From positions 8,370,001 to 8,434,000 of the forward strand of contig CM035354.1 of NCBI GenBank assembly GCA_020137815.1: 64,000 bases of DNA. The letters run 5' to 3'. Both the position numbers and the translations under genes were made by a program. This document shows, one piece after another, positions 63,896 through 64,000 of the stretch. The notes beneath the pieces are model-generated. The model was not told the origin of the DNA and ran no database searches. It saw only the letters and a program-made list of their open reading frames with translations. The stretch comes from Hormiphora californensis (taxonomy: Eukaryota; Animalia; Ctenophora). Numbering within the stretch: the stretch's first letter is position 1; every line of letters starts with the position of its first letter.

Positions 63896-64000
63896 TTCCA
63901 TCTCTTTCAGGTTGCCTTCTCGTACGATGATGCCCATATAAGGCAGCAGTTTGGTGAGGTAGAGGAGTGTATTGTGGCTGTTGTAAAACCTCACTTGACA

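Overview
Intron-rich animal genomic DNA with small GT-AG introns, many (CT/GA)n tracts and one 100-N gap at 13837-13936. The 109-bp repeat at 29054-29162 is one I recall from Pleurobrachia-type ctenophore gene models, so a ctenophore origin is likely but unverified. Supported genes: tRNA-Leu(TAA), an RA-PH-PH adaptor (+), FANCI cut off by the gap (+), a Dlx/NK-like homeobox gene (+), SMG9 then a CLC Cl-/H+ exchanger (-), NUP214 then SLX4 then uridine phosphorylase (+), and a TSPAN13/31-type tetraspanin (-). Intergenic DNA and introns hold many non-autonomous DNA transposons (TA, TTA and 8-bp target-site duplications, often nested) and minisatellites. Three signals stand out. (1) Two operon-like clusters have 150-280 nt spacers, and each downstream ATG sits just behind a 3' splice acceptor, as expected for polycistronic transcription with spliced-leader trans-splicing. 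(2) An apparently full-length ORF1-only retroposon lies in a UPP intron, with its empty site preserved in an adjacent duplication. (3) Tandem duplications repeatedly copy splice junctions, including an in-frame alternative acceptor in UPP and stop-introducing donors in the NMD factor SMG9. Exon boundaries were read by eye and may be off by a few bases.
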